A stretch of DNA of 49,454 nucleotides from a virus. Position 1 is the stretch's first letter. Every line of letters starts with the position of its first letter. Of this stretch, positions 27,670 to 37,001 are shown one piece after another. Where the stretch lies: the IMG/VR virus record IMGVR_UViG_3300009954_000001, positions 1 to 49,454 of that record; one strand, given 5' to 3'. The notes under the pieces are model-generated. The model searched no databases. It was not told where the DNA came from and saw nothing but the letters and a program-made list of their open reading frames with translations. The position numbers were made by a program, and so were the translations under genes.

Positions 27670-28215
27670 TCAGGCAGCGACAGCCTTATTCAACTCCATA
27701 AAGCCTTGAGGCAGGAACGGGACGGTGAACTGGATGGGTTTATCCCCATCACCGAGCTCGTCCTTCGGGTTGTCCGGCACGACCTTAAAGGCCGACAGCT
27801 CCATACCGGCCTCGACAGGGGTGCCCTGTCGGAAACCGATACGCTGGACCAGGTATCCTTCTTTGATACCATCAAGGGTACCACGCTTGAACAGCTGGAA
27901 CGCCTTGTCATAGACAGAGGTGTTACCCGCTGCCTTCTGACCAGCCGCAATAGCCTCACGGAAGAACGTGAGCGAGGCTTCATAGTTAGCGATAGTCGGG
28001 GTCTTCGCGTTACCCGAATCGCAAATGGTGCGCGAGTCATCCGTGTCAGAGTCCGTCGCACCGAGCGTCATACCAGCTGCAATGGCGCAGCTGATGTCAA
28101 CAGCCTTCGGCGTGCCACCAGTGTAGGTAGCAGCCTTAAACAGGTCGGCAACGTTAGTAATGGCATCAGCCGGAACCCACCAAATGGTGGTGTTCGGCGA
28201 CAACATCTTGGGCAT
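27670..28215 (-). CDS. Major tail protein (181 aa)
   Basis: AAGGAGGAAG RBS. Size and position upstream of the chaperones fit, and a stable hairpin follows the gene. Confidence 0.75.
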   Translation of the reverse strand: MPKMLSPNTTIWWVPADAITNVADLFKAATYTGGTPKAVDISCAIAAGMTLGATDSDTDDSRTICDSGNAKTPTIANYEASLTFFREAIAAGQKAAGNTSVYDKAFQLFKRGTLDGIKEGYLVQRIGFRQGTPVEAGMELSAFKVVPDNPKDELGDGDKPIQFTVPFLPQGFMELNKAVAA

Positions 28216-28403
28216 CAGTCTTCCTCCTTGTGGGAAACGATATCGTCATCTTCAATGGTATCATCCTCGCCGCAACACTTGGCCTGTGTAATCGGCGTAT
28301 TGTCATCGACAACCTCATACATGTCCGGCAGAACAGCCAGCTCATCTTCAGTCTTGTCGCAGACAATATTGGTAAAAATATTGCGCACGCGCAATTCACT
28401 CAC
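28215..28403 (-). CDS. Small highly acidic protein (62 aa)
   Basis: GTG start. The C-terminal half is rich in Asp and Glu (CCGEDDTIEDDDIVSHKEED). Confidence 0.4.
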   Translation of the reverse strand: MSELRVRNIFTNIVCDKTEDELAVLPDMYEVVDDNTPITQAKCCGEDDTIEDDDIVSHKEED

Positions 28404-28812
28404 CCCTATCTAGGTTGACGTAAAAACTCATACTGTGCTGATAAACCGTAGGCCGCAACGTGGAATCGAAATCGCTATCAGTACCAACCGACGCAGCGAT
28501 ATTCACCCCATTAGACCCTTCAACCAACACAGCGCCAATGAGCTTTTCTTTCACAACCGACACAAGCCGATTGAGAAGTTTCTTATCCTCACCATACACA
28601 TCAACAGTAAACGGATGCTCGTACACATCCATAGTGTGACCACCAAGCGACGCATACTCGTCCAACTGTCGATTGATCTCAGCGCCGCCGTGATACACAA
28701 TATAGAGAGGAACATGAACATCACGGGCAAAAGAATCAAAAACCTCAATACCCTTGATGCCACGCAACAGATCCAGGCAAGCCTCGTCAAACTCTAGGGT
28801 CCGGTCTTTCAC
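28396..28812 (-). CDS. Tail terminator / head-tail joining protein (138 aa)
   Basis: GTGA coupling with a GGGAGG RBS. Function assigned by position. Confidence 0.5.
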   Translation of the reverse strand: MKDRTLEFDEACLDLLRGIKGIEVFDSFARDVHVPLYIVYHGGAEINRQLDEYASLGGHTMDVYEHPFTVDVYGEDKKLLNRLVSVVKEKLIGAVLVEGSNGVNIAASVGTDSDFDSTLRPTVYQHSMSFYVNLDRGE

Positions 28813-29288
28813 TTCAGCCTCCCGTAGAATTCTTCCCGGAATATAGCCGTCACACGAGGCAAATACTTAGCAGGGGTAATACCTTTCCCCTTGTCGCCGC
28901 CCGTAGGCTTGCCACGCAAACCGGAGCGCAAATAACCAGAAGTACGCTGACTGTACGTACCGTTCTCCTGCCACGCATAGTACGGCTTAGCACGGTCCCA
29001 ACGATGCCAACCGATCTCGATAACCTTACCGCCCTTAGACGCATCAACACGGAAAGCATCACGCATGTAGCCAGTATCGACACGCCTGGGGTCTGTCGCA
29101 ATCAACGCGCGCCCATACTCAGTAGAAGCGACAGCAGCAGCCTTAGCAGCAGCGTCAACCTTCTTCCAAGCAGCATCAATAATCTTCTTCTTCGCCTTAG
29201 CAGCGACACCATACCTGTCGGTATCGACCGTAACCTTGATACCAGCAACGCGACCGTCGTACCGTACAGTCTTCTTAGTCCTAGCCAC
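28809..29288 (-). CDS. Head-tail joining (neck) protein
   Basis: GTG 29288 overlaps the upstream stop. Function assigned by position in the connector block. Confidence 0.5.
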   Translation of the reverse strand: MARTKKTVRYDGRVAGIKVTVDTDRYGVAAKAKKKIIDAAWKKVDAAAKAAAVASTEYGRALIATDPRRVDTGYMRDAFRVDASKGGKVIEIGWHRWDRAKPYYAWQENGTYSQRTSGYLRSGLRGKPTGGDKGKGITPAKYLPRVTAIFREEFYGRLK

Positions 29289-29772
29289 GAGCAGTATCCC
29301 CTGTCTCCACATCACAAAGCAGCGTTACCTGCCAGTTTAGCGTATCAATCTGCGCATTACGCACAACCAGCTTCAAGCCCTCAACCCTGGTGTCAGTTGG
29401 CATTTCATCCACTTGGAGGCGCATACCCTCACCGAAGGATACGCGGACGGAAGGGTCACCCCACAAATCCTGTGATACAAGTTCGTTCTTGTCGAGATGC
29501 AAAAGCTGCACACGATAAGCGTGAACACCCGTGACTTCACCGGCCCACTCACGGTTACGGGCACGCCAGTCAACGTTAGGTGTAATGTTCGCCCAACCCC
29601 TCCACACAGGATGATTGTCCTTAGCCGACAGACCATCGTCAGCCGTCCAATCATACGAAACAGTATCAGGTGTTTCGTAGATGGATACCTTCGTATTAGC
29701 CAACAACTGCAATGGGTAGTACGAGGTATACAAGAACAAGGGGTGTATATTAGGATTGATCGACAGCCCCAT
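29281..29772 (-). CDS. Head closure / head-tail adaptor protein
   Basis: ATG 29772 in a TAATG overlap. Function assigned by position. Confidence 0.5.
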   Translation of the reverse strand: MGLSINPNIHPLFLYTSYYPLQLLANTKVSIYETPDTVSYDWTADDGLSAKDNHPVWRGWANITPNVDWRARNREWAGEVTGVHAYRVQLLHLDKNELVSQDLWGDPSVRVSFGEGMRLQVDEMPTDTRVEGLKLVVRNAQIDTLNWQVTLLCDVETGDTARG

Positions 29773-30158
29773 TAGAAGTTCACCGCCCAATCCACAGGCT
29801 CAAACGTCGGATGAACAACATCAAAGCAGAGGCTGTTTACTTCATCTTCCTTCGCCTGAGCACGCAACTGACGAGCACGACCGACAATCGCAGACAGCAA
29901 CTTCGCGCCGTCCGTCTGCTTGTCGTCCGTCTTCAAGACAAGCAACTGCAAAGCCTTATCCATGCCGATAGCGTCACACGCATCAGCAGCAGCCAGCTTC
30001 ACATTCCCACCGTTAACAGCGAGCAAAGCCTCAATCTCTTCATCAGTAAACAAGTAGCGTGGCTCATTGCGGAGATCACGCAAGTCCTCCAACTTACGCA
30101 AATCAGGAATAAGTACACGCACCTGACCCACAGGCGAAGAAAAATTAATATTGCTCAT
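29772..30158 (-). CDS. Head-tail connector (gp6-like) protein
   Basis: ATG 30158. The FTDEEIEALLAVNGG segment resembles the gp6-like connector pattern. Confidence 0.5.
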   Translation of the reverse strand: MSNINFSSPVGQVRVLIPDLRKLEDLRDLRNEPRYLFTDEEIEALLAVNGGNVKLAAADACDAIGMDKALQLLVLKTDDKQTDGAKLLSAIVGRARQLRAQAKEDEVNSLCFDVVHPTFEPVDWAVNF

Positions 30159-30172
30159 GAAACCAGTATAGC

Positions 30173-30206
30173 AAGACCCCCGTGACCAAAAGGCCACAGG
30201 GGTCTT
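30173..30206 (-). terminator. Imperfect long hairpin after the major capsid gene
   Basis: aagaccccCgtg 30173-30184 pairs with cacaggggtctt 30195-30206, with one mismatch. No U-tract. Confidence 0.4.
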
Positions 30207-30224
30207 ACTTAATCAGCTAACTGA

Positions 30225-31370
30225 TCAGAGTGACGCATTACCAGTCGAACCGATGACACCATCGTAGCGAACAATGCCAGCACCAGCGATCTGTCGAATA
30301 CGGACTTCGACATCATCGTTGTCGAACGAACCCTCATAAGGATTAACGTCGCCGCCACCGATCATCTGACCAGTCTTGTTGTGGATACGAAGTTCTGGGG
30401 CCTCACGACCCAGCATACCAGTCTTCGCAAGGACAGTCTTACCATTGGCACGACCACCCTTCGGAAGAAGAACCCATGCCTTCTCGCCACCAACAACGGA
30501 AATCAGATCAGAAGTAACGACCTCCAAGTCCTTCAGAGGGTTGCCCTTGATCTCGGTACGCTTACCATTCTGAACACGAATCTCGTTAATCTGAGTGTAG
30601 CCCTTAGCAACCTCAGCGAGAGCGGGGTTAGTGACCAGCACGAAACCCTCGGGAACATAAGTCGAGTGACCGTCACGCATGGTAGCAAGTGCCTGGAAAC
30701 GCGCTGCGACAATGGCGTCGAAGCTCAGTGGCGCGTTCTTCTCGTCACCGACACCGCTAGCACCAGTACCACCCGTAAACTCATCAGGAACACCCGTGAA
30801 GTTAGCCTTCGTCTTGTTGGCGTCGTTGAAGACATCCGTACGAAGAGACTTCGTACTGGGATCAAACAGCTGAAGCAGAACCAACAGGTCCTCCGTACGA
30901 GCCGCCAGCGTCGCAGCATCCTTCGGGAAACGACTAATCACATTCCACTCATCGTTGATAAACGACTCAAACGAGAACTGAATGCGAGCACCATGCTTGG
31001 CAGTCGTGATAAACGCACCATCGGCACTGTAGGACATGGTCGGGTAAGGAGTCAACTCAGGCACATGAGGCAAAGTGCCAACAGGGTGCTGATAACCACC
31101 ATTGTCGATAGGAGCCGTAGTAGCGTCAGGCTTCAGCGACAGAAGCGAAGCAGGACGGAAGTCCGTCAACAGCTCCTTCGTCGCAATCTTGTCCCAAATC
31201 GTCTCATGAGCATCGAAATACTCCTGGAAACGAACGTTCGCGGCCCTCACGAACATAGGTGCCAGCTGATCAGAGGTGACAGCCTCCTTCAGGCGCGCCT
31301 GCGCGAGACGGTCGCCTGCAAGGGCCTCACCCAACTGGACGTTGAACTCTTCCTGGTTCTTGAAACGCAC
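30225..31370 (-). CDS. Major capsid protein (381 aa)
   Basis: GTG 31370 lies 8 nt after AAGGAGG. Size and position after the scaffold/decoration genes fit. A hairpin lies downstream. Confidence 0.8.
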   Translation of the reverse strand: MRFKNQEEFNVQLGEALAGDRLAQARLKEAVTSDQLAPMFVRAANVRFQEYFDAHETIWDKIATKELLTDFRPASLLSLKPDATTAPIDNGGYQHPVGTLPHVPELTPYPTMSYSADGAFITTAKHGARIQFSFESFINDEWNVISRFPKDAATLAARTEDLLVLLQLFDPSTKSLRTDVFNDANKTKANFTGVPDEFTGGTGASGVGDEKNAPLSFDAIVAARFQALATMRDGHSTYVPEGFVLVTNPALAEVAKGYTQINEIRVQNGKRTEIKGNPLKDLEVVTSDLISVVGGEKAWVLLPKGGRANGKTVLAKTGMLGREAPELRIHNKTGQMIGGGDVNPYEGSFDNDDVEVRIRQIAGAGIVRYDGVIGSTGNASL

Positions 31371-31386
31371 TTTAGTTGCCTCCTTA

Positions 31387-31869
31387 TCAGGCGTTCTTAG
31401 CAGGTGCAAGAACAACCTGCATCTTCTGAGGGTCGGCAGACGCAGCAAGAGGCTCCTTCAGCCAACCGATAACAACATCAGCACCAGCCTTAACGGTCGT
31501 AATCTCAGGCTTTACACCTGCGCCCGTCGCGGCCTTCGCATACACAGGCGCACCCGCCTTCGCAGCGGCAGCAGACTTGCCGACAAGCTCAAACACGCCA
31601 CCAGCGACACGCACAGAGGCGTAGCCGGGGCCATTCAGACCGTACGTAGGGGCCACTAGCACATCAGTAAGAGCCTGCTCAGCCTTGTCAGTCGTAGGAC
31701 GAACCTTCGACTGAAGGATACCAGCAATACCGTTGTCCTTGTTGATGACAACAACGTCGCCAGGCTCAAGATGAGCCTGCGTGGCATCGACAGGGAGGGA
31801 GAGAGTCTTGGAATACTCAAAAATCTGGTTGTCCTTGACAACCGGAACACGGATAGCGTTGACTGCCAT
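31387..31869 (-). CDS. Head decoration / capsid cement-like protein (160 aa)
   Basis: Ala/Gly/Val-rich and immediately upstream of the capsid gene. Function is positional. Confidence 0.45.
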   Translation of the reverse strand: MAVNAIRVPVVKDNQIFEYSKTLSLPVDATQAHLEPGDVVVINKDNGIAGILQSKVRPTTDKAEQALTDVLVAPTYGLNGPGYASVRVAGGVFELVGKSAAAAKAGAPVYAKAATGAGVKPEITTVKAGADVVIGWLKEPLAASADPQKMQVVLAPAKNA

Positions 31870-31874
31870 TATGC

Positions 31875-32747
31875 TCACCAACCAATCTTTCCGAAAGTGT
31901 CTTCGTTCTTTTCGACAACAGGGGTGGCAGTCGCAGCGACAGCCTCCTTCAGATACGCACGCTCAGCCTCAAGAGCAGACTCGACATCCGCACCCTTCTT
32001 CACAGCCTCACGAACACGCGCGACAGCTGCCTCCGGCAACCCGGACTCAGCAATCTTCTTACCGGCCTCAAGGACAGAATCGACATCCACGGATGCCTCT
32101 TCGGCCTTCTCAGCAGGTTCCTCCACCTTGGCCTCCTGAAGAGCAGCCACAGCAGATTCTAGCTTAGAGCCGATAGCTTCACCAAGAGAAGCAATCTCGC
32201 CCTTCAGCTCATCGAACTTGGACTCAAGCAGCTTCTCGTCCACAGTTCCCTCCTTAATAGAATTGTTGTTCCTATTTGATTCTAGCAGATCAACAATGGC
32301 ACCACCCGCACCGGGCGCGGTAACAAAGTCAACCGACCTAACGCCAGCAAAAACAGGAACAACACCTGTTTCCGCAATTGGCTCGTTGCACCAAGCATTG
32401 ATGGAAACACCGATATGCTCCCACTTATCCTTGATTAGCTCGTTAATACCCGAGAATACTTTGCATACAGTGTAGAGTGCGCCATCCTCACCAACCGTCG
32501 CGTCTTCCAAAAACACGCCAGCATAGTCACGAATAGAACGCTCCGGGCGCTCCCATTCCTCAGTCTCAGTTGGATGGTCAATAAACATTTCCGTGCCCGC
32601 CTTAAACAAAGGCGCAGACTCAGCCAAGTTCTCAGCAGTGTAAATACCACTCGAACCCTGGCCGGGCACGATAATGCGGATGCGGTACTTACCCTCACCA
32701 AGAGACTCAGTACCGACAGCCGCAGTTGACTCATGCAACTTAAGCAT
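31875..32747 (-). CDS. Scaffolding protein, possibly fused to a maturation protease domain (290 aa)
   Basis: ATG 32747. The N-terminal half is globular and the C-terminal half is an Ala/Glu/Lys coiled-coil. It lies between the portal and capsid genes. Confidence 0.5.
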   Translation of the reverse strand: MLKLHESTAAVGTESLGEGKYRIRIIVPGQGSSGIYTAENLAESAPLFKAGTEMFIDHPTETEEWERPERSIRDYAGVFLEDATVGEDGALYTVCKVFSGINELIKDKWEHIGVSINAWCNEPIAETGVVPVFAGVRSVDFVTAPGAGGAIVDLLESNRNNNSIKEGTVDEKLLESKFDELKGEIASLGEAIGSKLESAVAALQEAKVEEPAEKAEEASVDVDSVLEAGKKIAESGLPEAAVARVREAVKKGADVESALEAERAYLKEAVAATATPVVEKNEDTFGKIGW

Positions 32748-34092
32748 CAGTCCCCCTATCTCGGTTGTCGTTCGTTCCATCTGACAACGGGCCGACACCC
32801 GTTGCGCGCCCGTCATCCTTATTGCTGTCGTCGGGGCTGTCCGTGTTGGTATCTGTGCCGTCTTCGTCCTTGCCCTCATCCGGCAACTCCGGCAAATCTT
32901 CCAACGGCAAAGAACCAGCAATCTTCAAGAGCTGCAACACACCCGAACGCATCTCAATCTGATGCAAAGCACCGTTCTGATACGCGAGCGTTAGAGATTG
33001 GATGCGGCGGTGAGTCTGGTCATTATTGATCGAACCGTACTCGATCTGCACCTTAATGCCGAGAGCCGCAGCAATCTCATTCAGCATGTCGATATGGAGT
33101 TGACGGCGCAATTCCAACGCCTTAAACGTCGGGTCTTCAAGCGCAGTCTCAGCGCCCTGTCGGCCACCCGCAGAACCATCAGTCAGCAACACCGACAAGG
33201 GGATGTCGAGAGCAGCCGACACCATAGCCGCAAGAGGCGTACCAGCCGAGAAATCAATCCCAGCGCCAGCCTTGTTAATTGCCTGAATATCCTGCCCAGC
33301 ACCAATGTTCGCAGTGCCACCGACACCGGGACCAGCCATACGCTGCTGAACGGCCTGTTGCTGCTTAGAATTAACGCTCGTTGCCTTGAAGGCCAGCTTA
33401 GCGAGAGACTTCTCCATGAGGTGTGCGACCTCAAGATGCTCCTTGTACTTCTGTGCATACGACATAGCGCTCATGAGATCAGGCTTACCGTACTGTTCAG
33501 CAGCAAGGCGATTCACGGTCGCATACACAGCCGTCAAGCGCTTGTTCACCTTGTAGTTAGTCTTAGTGATCTTCACGCTCACGCGGTCCCACAGCATGTA
33601 CCACTGAGGCTCACCACTTACGACAGGGTTGATCAGGAGCGCAACGACATCACCTGTCGCATCATCAGTAGCCACACCAGCAAGGCGCATCAACGGAACA
33701 GGTGTAACAGTCTTTGTCGCCTTATCCACAAGATAAATGACGCAACCGTCAGTGTTGAAAGACTGCTCATCACGAACACGCGCCTGCACACTGAAACAAG
33801 CCTTCGCGTTTTCATCAATCACCTTACGAGAAGGTCCAGTAGAACCCTTGTAGACAACAGGGTCGCCCCACATGTAAGCGTTACGCACAACCAGGCCACG
33901 CTTCACAATAGGGTTAAGAGTAGCCAAACGGCGCGCACGCGCCGAATGGTCCCTAATCACATCAAGAGTAATCAGAGAATCAGGGCCTTCGACAGCAGAC
34001 AAAGGCAACCAGCCCGCATCTTCTCGCTTGAGACGCGCTAGGGTATCAGAAAAAGACCCTAGCGCTTCTTGGAATGTCTGCTCATACTTCAT
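32740..34092 (-). CDS. Portal protein (450 aa)
   Basis: Immediately downstream of TerL. Size fits and the C-terminal tail is acidic. Confidence 0.8.
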   Translation of the reverse strand: MKYEQTFQEALGSFSDTLARLKREDAGWLPLSAVEGPDSLITLDVIRDHSARARRLATLNPIVKRGLVVRNAYMWGDPVVYKGSTGPSRKVIDENAKACFSVQARVRDEQSFNTDGCVIYLVDKATKTVTPVPLMRLAGVATDDATGDVVALLINPVVSGEPQWYMLWDRVSVKITKTNYKVNKRLTAVYATVNRLAAEQYGKPDLMSAMSYAQKYKEHLEVAHLMEKSLAKLAFKATSVNSKQQQAVQQRMAGPGVGGTANIGAGQDIQAINKAGAGIDFSAGTPLAAMVSAALDIPLSVLLTDGSAGGRQGAETALEDPTFKALELRRQLHIDMLNEIAAALGIKVQIEYGSINNDQTHRRIQSLTLAYQNGALHQIEMRSGVLQLLKIAGSLPLEDLPELPDEGKDEDGTDTNTDSPDDSNKDDGRATGVGPLSDGTNDNRDRGTDA

Positions 34093-34105
34093 GCTAATTA
34101 TCCTA

Positions 34106-36049
34106 TCACGCTAGAAATACAGACAACTCTTCCTCGAACATGAAGTCCAAGAGGTCATCTTCTTCTAGTAGATCATCAGGTGAATAGTACTGACCTTCTG
34201 AATCACCGGCCATAATGGCTCCAATATTCTGGTACGCATAAATGACAGCATCAAGAACGTCAGGCGACTTAATGCCACGCTTGCGCATATTTTCCTTCGA
34301 TTCGATGAGCATTGCTGACCCACGATACTCGTACTTAATCGAAGCAATTTCATTGTGGAGTTTATCGTCATCGGGCAGGAAGACACGACCATCAGCGACA
34401 GCCTTAGCGAACTGATCGTACATAGCGGCGCGATAGTTGTACCACTTAGTGCTATCACCGGACTTCGCGTTACCGTGAATACCAACGACAGAAATGTCAG
34501 CGGGCACGAAATTGTAGATACTATCGAGAACGGATGCGCCAACACCGATAGCGTCAATACGAATCTCGACAGCCCCGAGTTCGACTGCCAGCTCACCAAC
34601 CTTACGGGCAAGCTCAGGACCGTTCAAGCCTTGGTAACGCCCATGAATCTTGATGTAACCGCCTTGGTTCGACACAATCACTGAGCTGTCGGACCCATAA
34701 CGGGCAACGTCAACACCGAGAACAATCGGCATACCCTCGTCAGGTTCAGAAGTGTCGTAAGCCTCCATCGACTGCATGACGCGGCCCATGTTGAACAGGC
34801 CGTCGTCAGACACGTCTGGGAACTCACCGAGGACACGCGCTACGAAACGGGGGTCATCCTCGCCCCATTCCTTCTTACGTGCCTCAACCCAGTCAACCTG
34901 CACAAGACGAGTCGCAACCTCGACAGGTACGACCTCACCCGTGAAATTAGGCGTGTCGTACGCGCCGAATTGGATGATGTTCCAGGAGCGCTCTTCAGGC
35001 TTCAGGCGCATCTCCCGCTTGAACACCTCGGCCATGTAGCACGACGGGTCGTTAGGGTTAGCAATAGCCAAGATGCGTGCATACTTGTTGGTCGTAATTG
35101 CGTCAGCAGCGGTGAAGATTTCCTTGGAGATACCACCCGCCTCGTCCATAATCACTAGGACGTACTGGTCGTGGACACCTTGAAAACCCGACTCGTCCTT
35201 ATCGTCCGGCTTCATACCGAAAGCGATAGGGTCTTGTCGGTATCCCATCTTCCATGTTGCGTCGGCGCTAACCTTGCCACCAATACCAGCATCGGCCTTG
35301 ACACGAGGAATCTCTTTCCACAGAACGTTGCGGACCTGTTTCCAGTTCGTTGCCGTGGTGACGACTGTCGTGTCATCGACAGGGTGTGTGTCTACCCACC
35401 AGTTAACGAGCGTTGCCGAGAGTCGGCTGTTGTGCGTAGGGATGCACCACTGGCTCACCTGGTACAAGTGACGTGGTGAGTCTACCTCGATACACTGTGT
35501 CGGCTCTGTTGGCGCACCTTGAATAGCAACGACACACCAATGTCCTTCTTCGCCACCGGCCTTCGGAATACGATCTCCAATATGTAGGTCGCGTGTTTCG
35601 ACAACAACCGTGTCGTCCCACCTAGTTTTGCCGTAAACAAGAAAGTCTGCCGAACGAATGACAGCCCACTCGTGGGCTTCTGGGCAGATAACCTCTGCAC
35701 CGTCGTTAAAGATGACCTTAACCAGCGGAATGTTCCACACAGGTGACTTAGCAACAACCTTGGTCGGATTACCAAGTTCGTCAAGGACATAGTCACCGAT
35801 GCGAAGTTCACCCATTGTCGTCCAGCCAGTAGGCGTTGGTATAGGTTCTGTCAACTTGACAGCTTTGCCTACGCCATTGCCCGTAACCACAAGCGTCTTT
35901 TGGTGCTCTACAACTGACTGAGCAACTTCACGTTGCTTAGACCACATGAACAGACCGTGATCCTCAGCCCACTTGGCAGGATTATTACGCCACACTTCAA
36001 GACGCTGAGCATCTGAGAATTTCTTAGCGACAGCACCGAAAGGCAGCAT
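34106..36049 (-). CDS. terL: Terminase large subunit, intein-containing precursor (647 aa)
   Basis: Walker A GNGVGK//S is split by the insert. Walker B is YVLVIMDEAGG. The C-terminal nuclease region has GVDVARYGSD. Confidence 0.9.
   Translation of the reverse strand: MLPFGAVAKKFSDAQRLEVWRNNPAKWAEDHGLFMWSKQREVAQSVVEHQKTLVVTGNGVGKAVKLTEPIPTPTGWTTMGELRIGDYVLDELGNPTKVVAKSPVWNIPLVKVIFNDGAEVICPEAHEWAVIRSADFLVYGKTRWDDTVVVETRDLHIGDRIPKAGGEEGHWCVVAIQGAPTEPTQCIEVDSPRHLYQVSQWCIPTHNSRLSATLVNWWVDTHPVDDTTVVTTATNWKQVRNVLWKEIPRVKADAGIGGKVSADATWKMGYRQDPIAFGMKPDDKDESGFQGVHDQYVLVIMDEAGGISKEIFTAADAITTNKYARILAIANPNDPSCYMAEVFKREMRLKPEERSWNIIQFGAYDTPNFTGEVVPVEVATRLVQVDWVEARKKEWGEDDPRFVARVLGEFPDVSDDGLFNMGRVMQSMEAYDTSEPDEGMPIVLGVDVARYGSDSSVIVSNQGGYIKIHGRYQGLNGPELARKVGELAVELGAVEIRIDAIGVGASVLDSIYNFVPADISVVGIHGNAKSGDSTKWYNYRAAMYDQFAKAVADGRVFLPDDDKLHNEIASIKYEYRGSAMLIESKENMRKRGIKSPDVLDAVIYAYQNIGAIMAGDSEGQYYSPDDLLEEDDLLDFMFEEELSVFLA
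35429..35863 (-). mobile_element. Mini-intein (145 aa, class-3-like) in the TerL P-loop
   Basis: Spans A63-N207. Block A is AVKLTEPIPTPTGW, block B is PEAHEW, block F is TQCIEVDSPRHLY and block G is IPTHN followed by +1 Ser. Excision restores GNGVGKS. Confidence 0.8.
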
Positions 36050-36633
36050 CAGTCACCCTCAACTTCCACAGTCGCCTCAAGCAACGCGGCAGGCTTGTTT
36101 ACAGCCTGAGAAAACCAATCAGCCTTATTCGTCTCCAAAGCCTTCTTAGCCTTAGCCGACAAGTGCGGATACATGAGCGCCGTATACTCTTCGAGCACCT
36201 GATTAGTGAACGACAGCATGATGTTCACTTGCTTCTCTTCGATCACACGAATCTCATGCGTCACCGTCTGACGCTTCAGGTTCGCAACCTCGGAGATTTC
36301 ACGCAGAACAGCGAGAACAGCCTGAAGGTTCTGCCCCCAGTTACCCTTCTCGTCAGCAAGGCCGAACATCCCGATCTGGCTGTAAGCCATGTCAACAAGC
36401 GCATCAAGACGATCAAGCTGCTTGATGCGCATATTGCGAGGCGACAACTCCTGTCGGCTGTCGTAGTACGACTGCTCGATAACGAACAGTTCTTCAGACG
36501 TGAAACCTGTCGACTGAATAATCTTGTTTCGCTCTGTGCCGCGCTTTAGCAGCGACAAAGCCATGTCGCGCTTACCCCGCAGCTCCGGGTCATCACTCGT
36601 CAGCAAATCGCGCGAGTTCGTCTTGGATACCAT
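36049..36633 (-). CDS. terS: Terminase small subunit (by position, 194 aa)
   Basis: ATG 36633 lies 6 nt after AAGGAGG. TGATG coupling to terL. Confidence 0.6.
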   Translation of the reverse strand: MVSKTNSRDLLTSDDPELRGKRDMALSLLKRGTERNKIIQSTGFTSEELFVIEQSYYDSRQELSPRNMRIKQLDRLDALVDMAYSQIGMFGLADEKGNWGQNLQAVLAVLREISEVANLKRQTVTHEIRVIEEKQVNIMLSFTNQVLEEYTALMYPHLSAKAKKALETNKADWFSQAVNKPAALLEATVEVEGD

Positions 36634-36745
36634 CAAGCACCTCCTTCACAGCCTTCTGGAACTTGTTGTCCAAGTACACGTAAGTACAAGCAGCACCGGC
36701 AATCAAGCCAGCGGCGAGACCAACCAAAAACCAGGCAATGAGCAT
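36593..36745 (-). CDS. Small single-TM protein (50 aa)
   Basis: ATG 36745 after AAGGAGG. The TM segment is LIAWFLVGLAAGLIAGAACTYVYL. Confidence 0.45.
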   Translation of the reverse strand: MLIAWFLVGLAAGLIAGAACTYVYLDNKFQKAVKEVLDGIQDELARFADE

Positions 36746-36987
36746 TAGTCCTCCTTTGGAACTGAAGGCAGGTCTTCTACCTTCACACCGGCTTGCAAAG
36801 CCGCAACACGCACAGCGTAAGCGTGTTCCTTCCACAGGAACGCTTGCGTGCGCAATTCAGCTTCAAGATCATCACGAGCTTCTTGAATCTCTTGAGACTT
36901 CTTGTAACGATCAATGCACAAATCAACTATAGCCTTGATAACAAGGGTTACGGCAGAGCAAACGAGGCCCACCAGTGCCGTGTTCAT
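36745..36987 (-). CDS. N-terminal TM + coiled-coil protein (80 aa), lysis accessory candidate
   Basis: AAGGAG RBS. The TM segment is ALVGLVCSAVTLVIKAIV. Confidence 0.5.
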   Translation of the reverse strand: MNTALVGLVCSAVTLVIKAIVDLCIDRYKKSQEIQEARDDLEAELRTQAFLWKEHAYAVRVAALQAGVKVEDLPSVPKED

Positions 36988-37001
36988 ACGCTAACTCCTT
37001 G

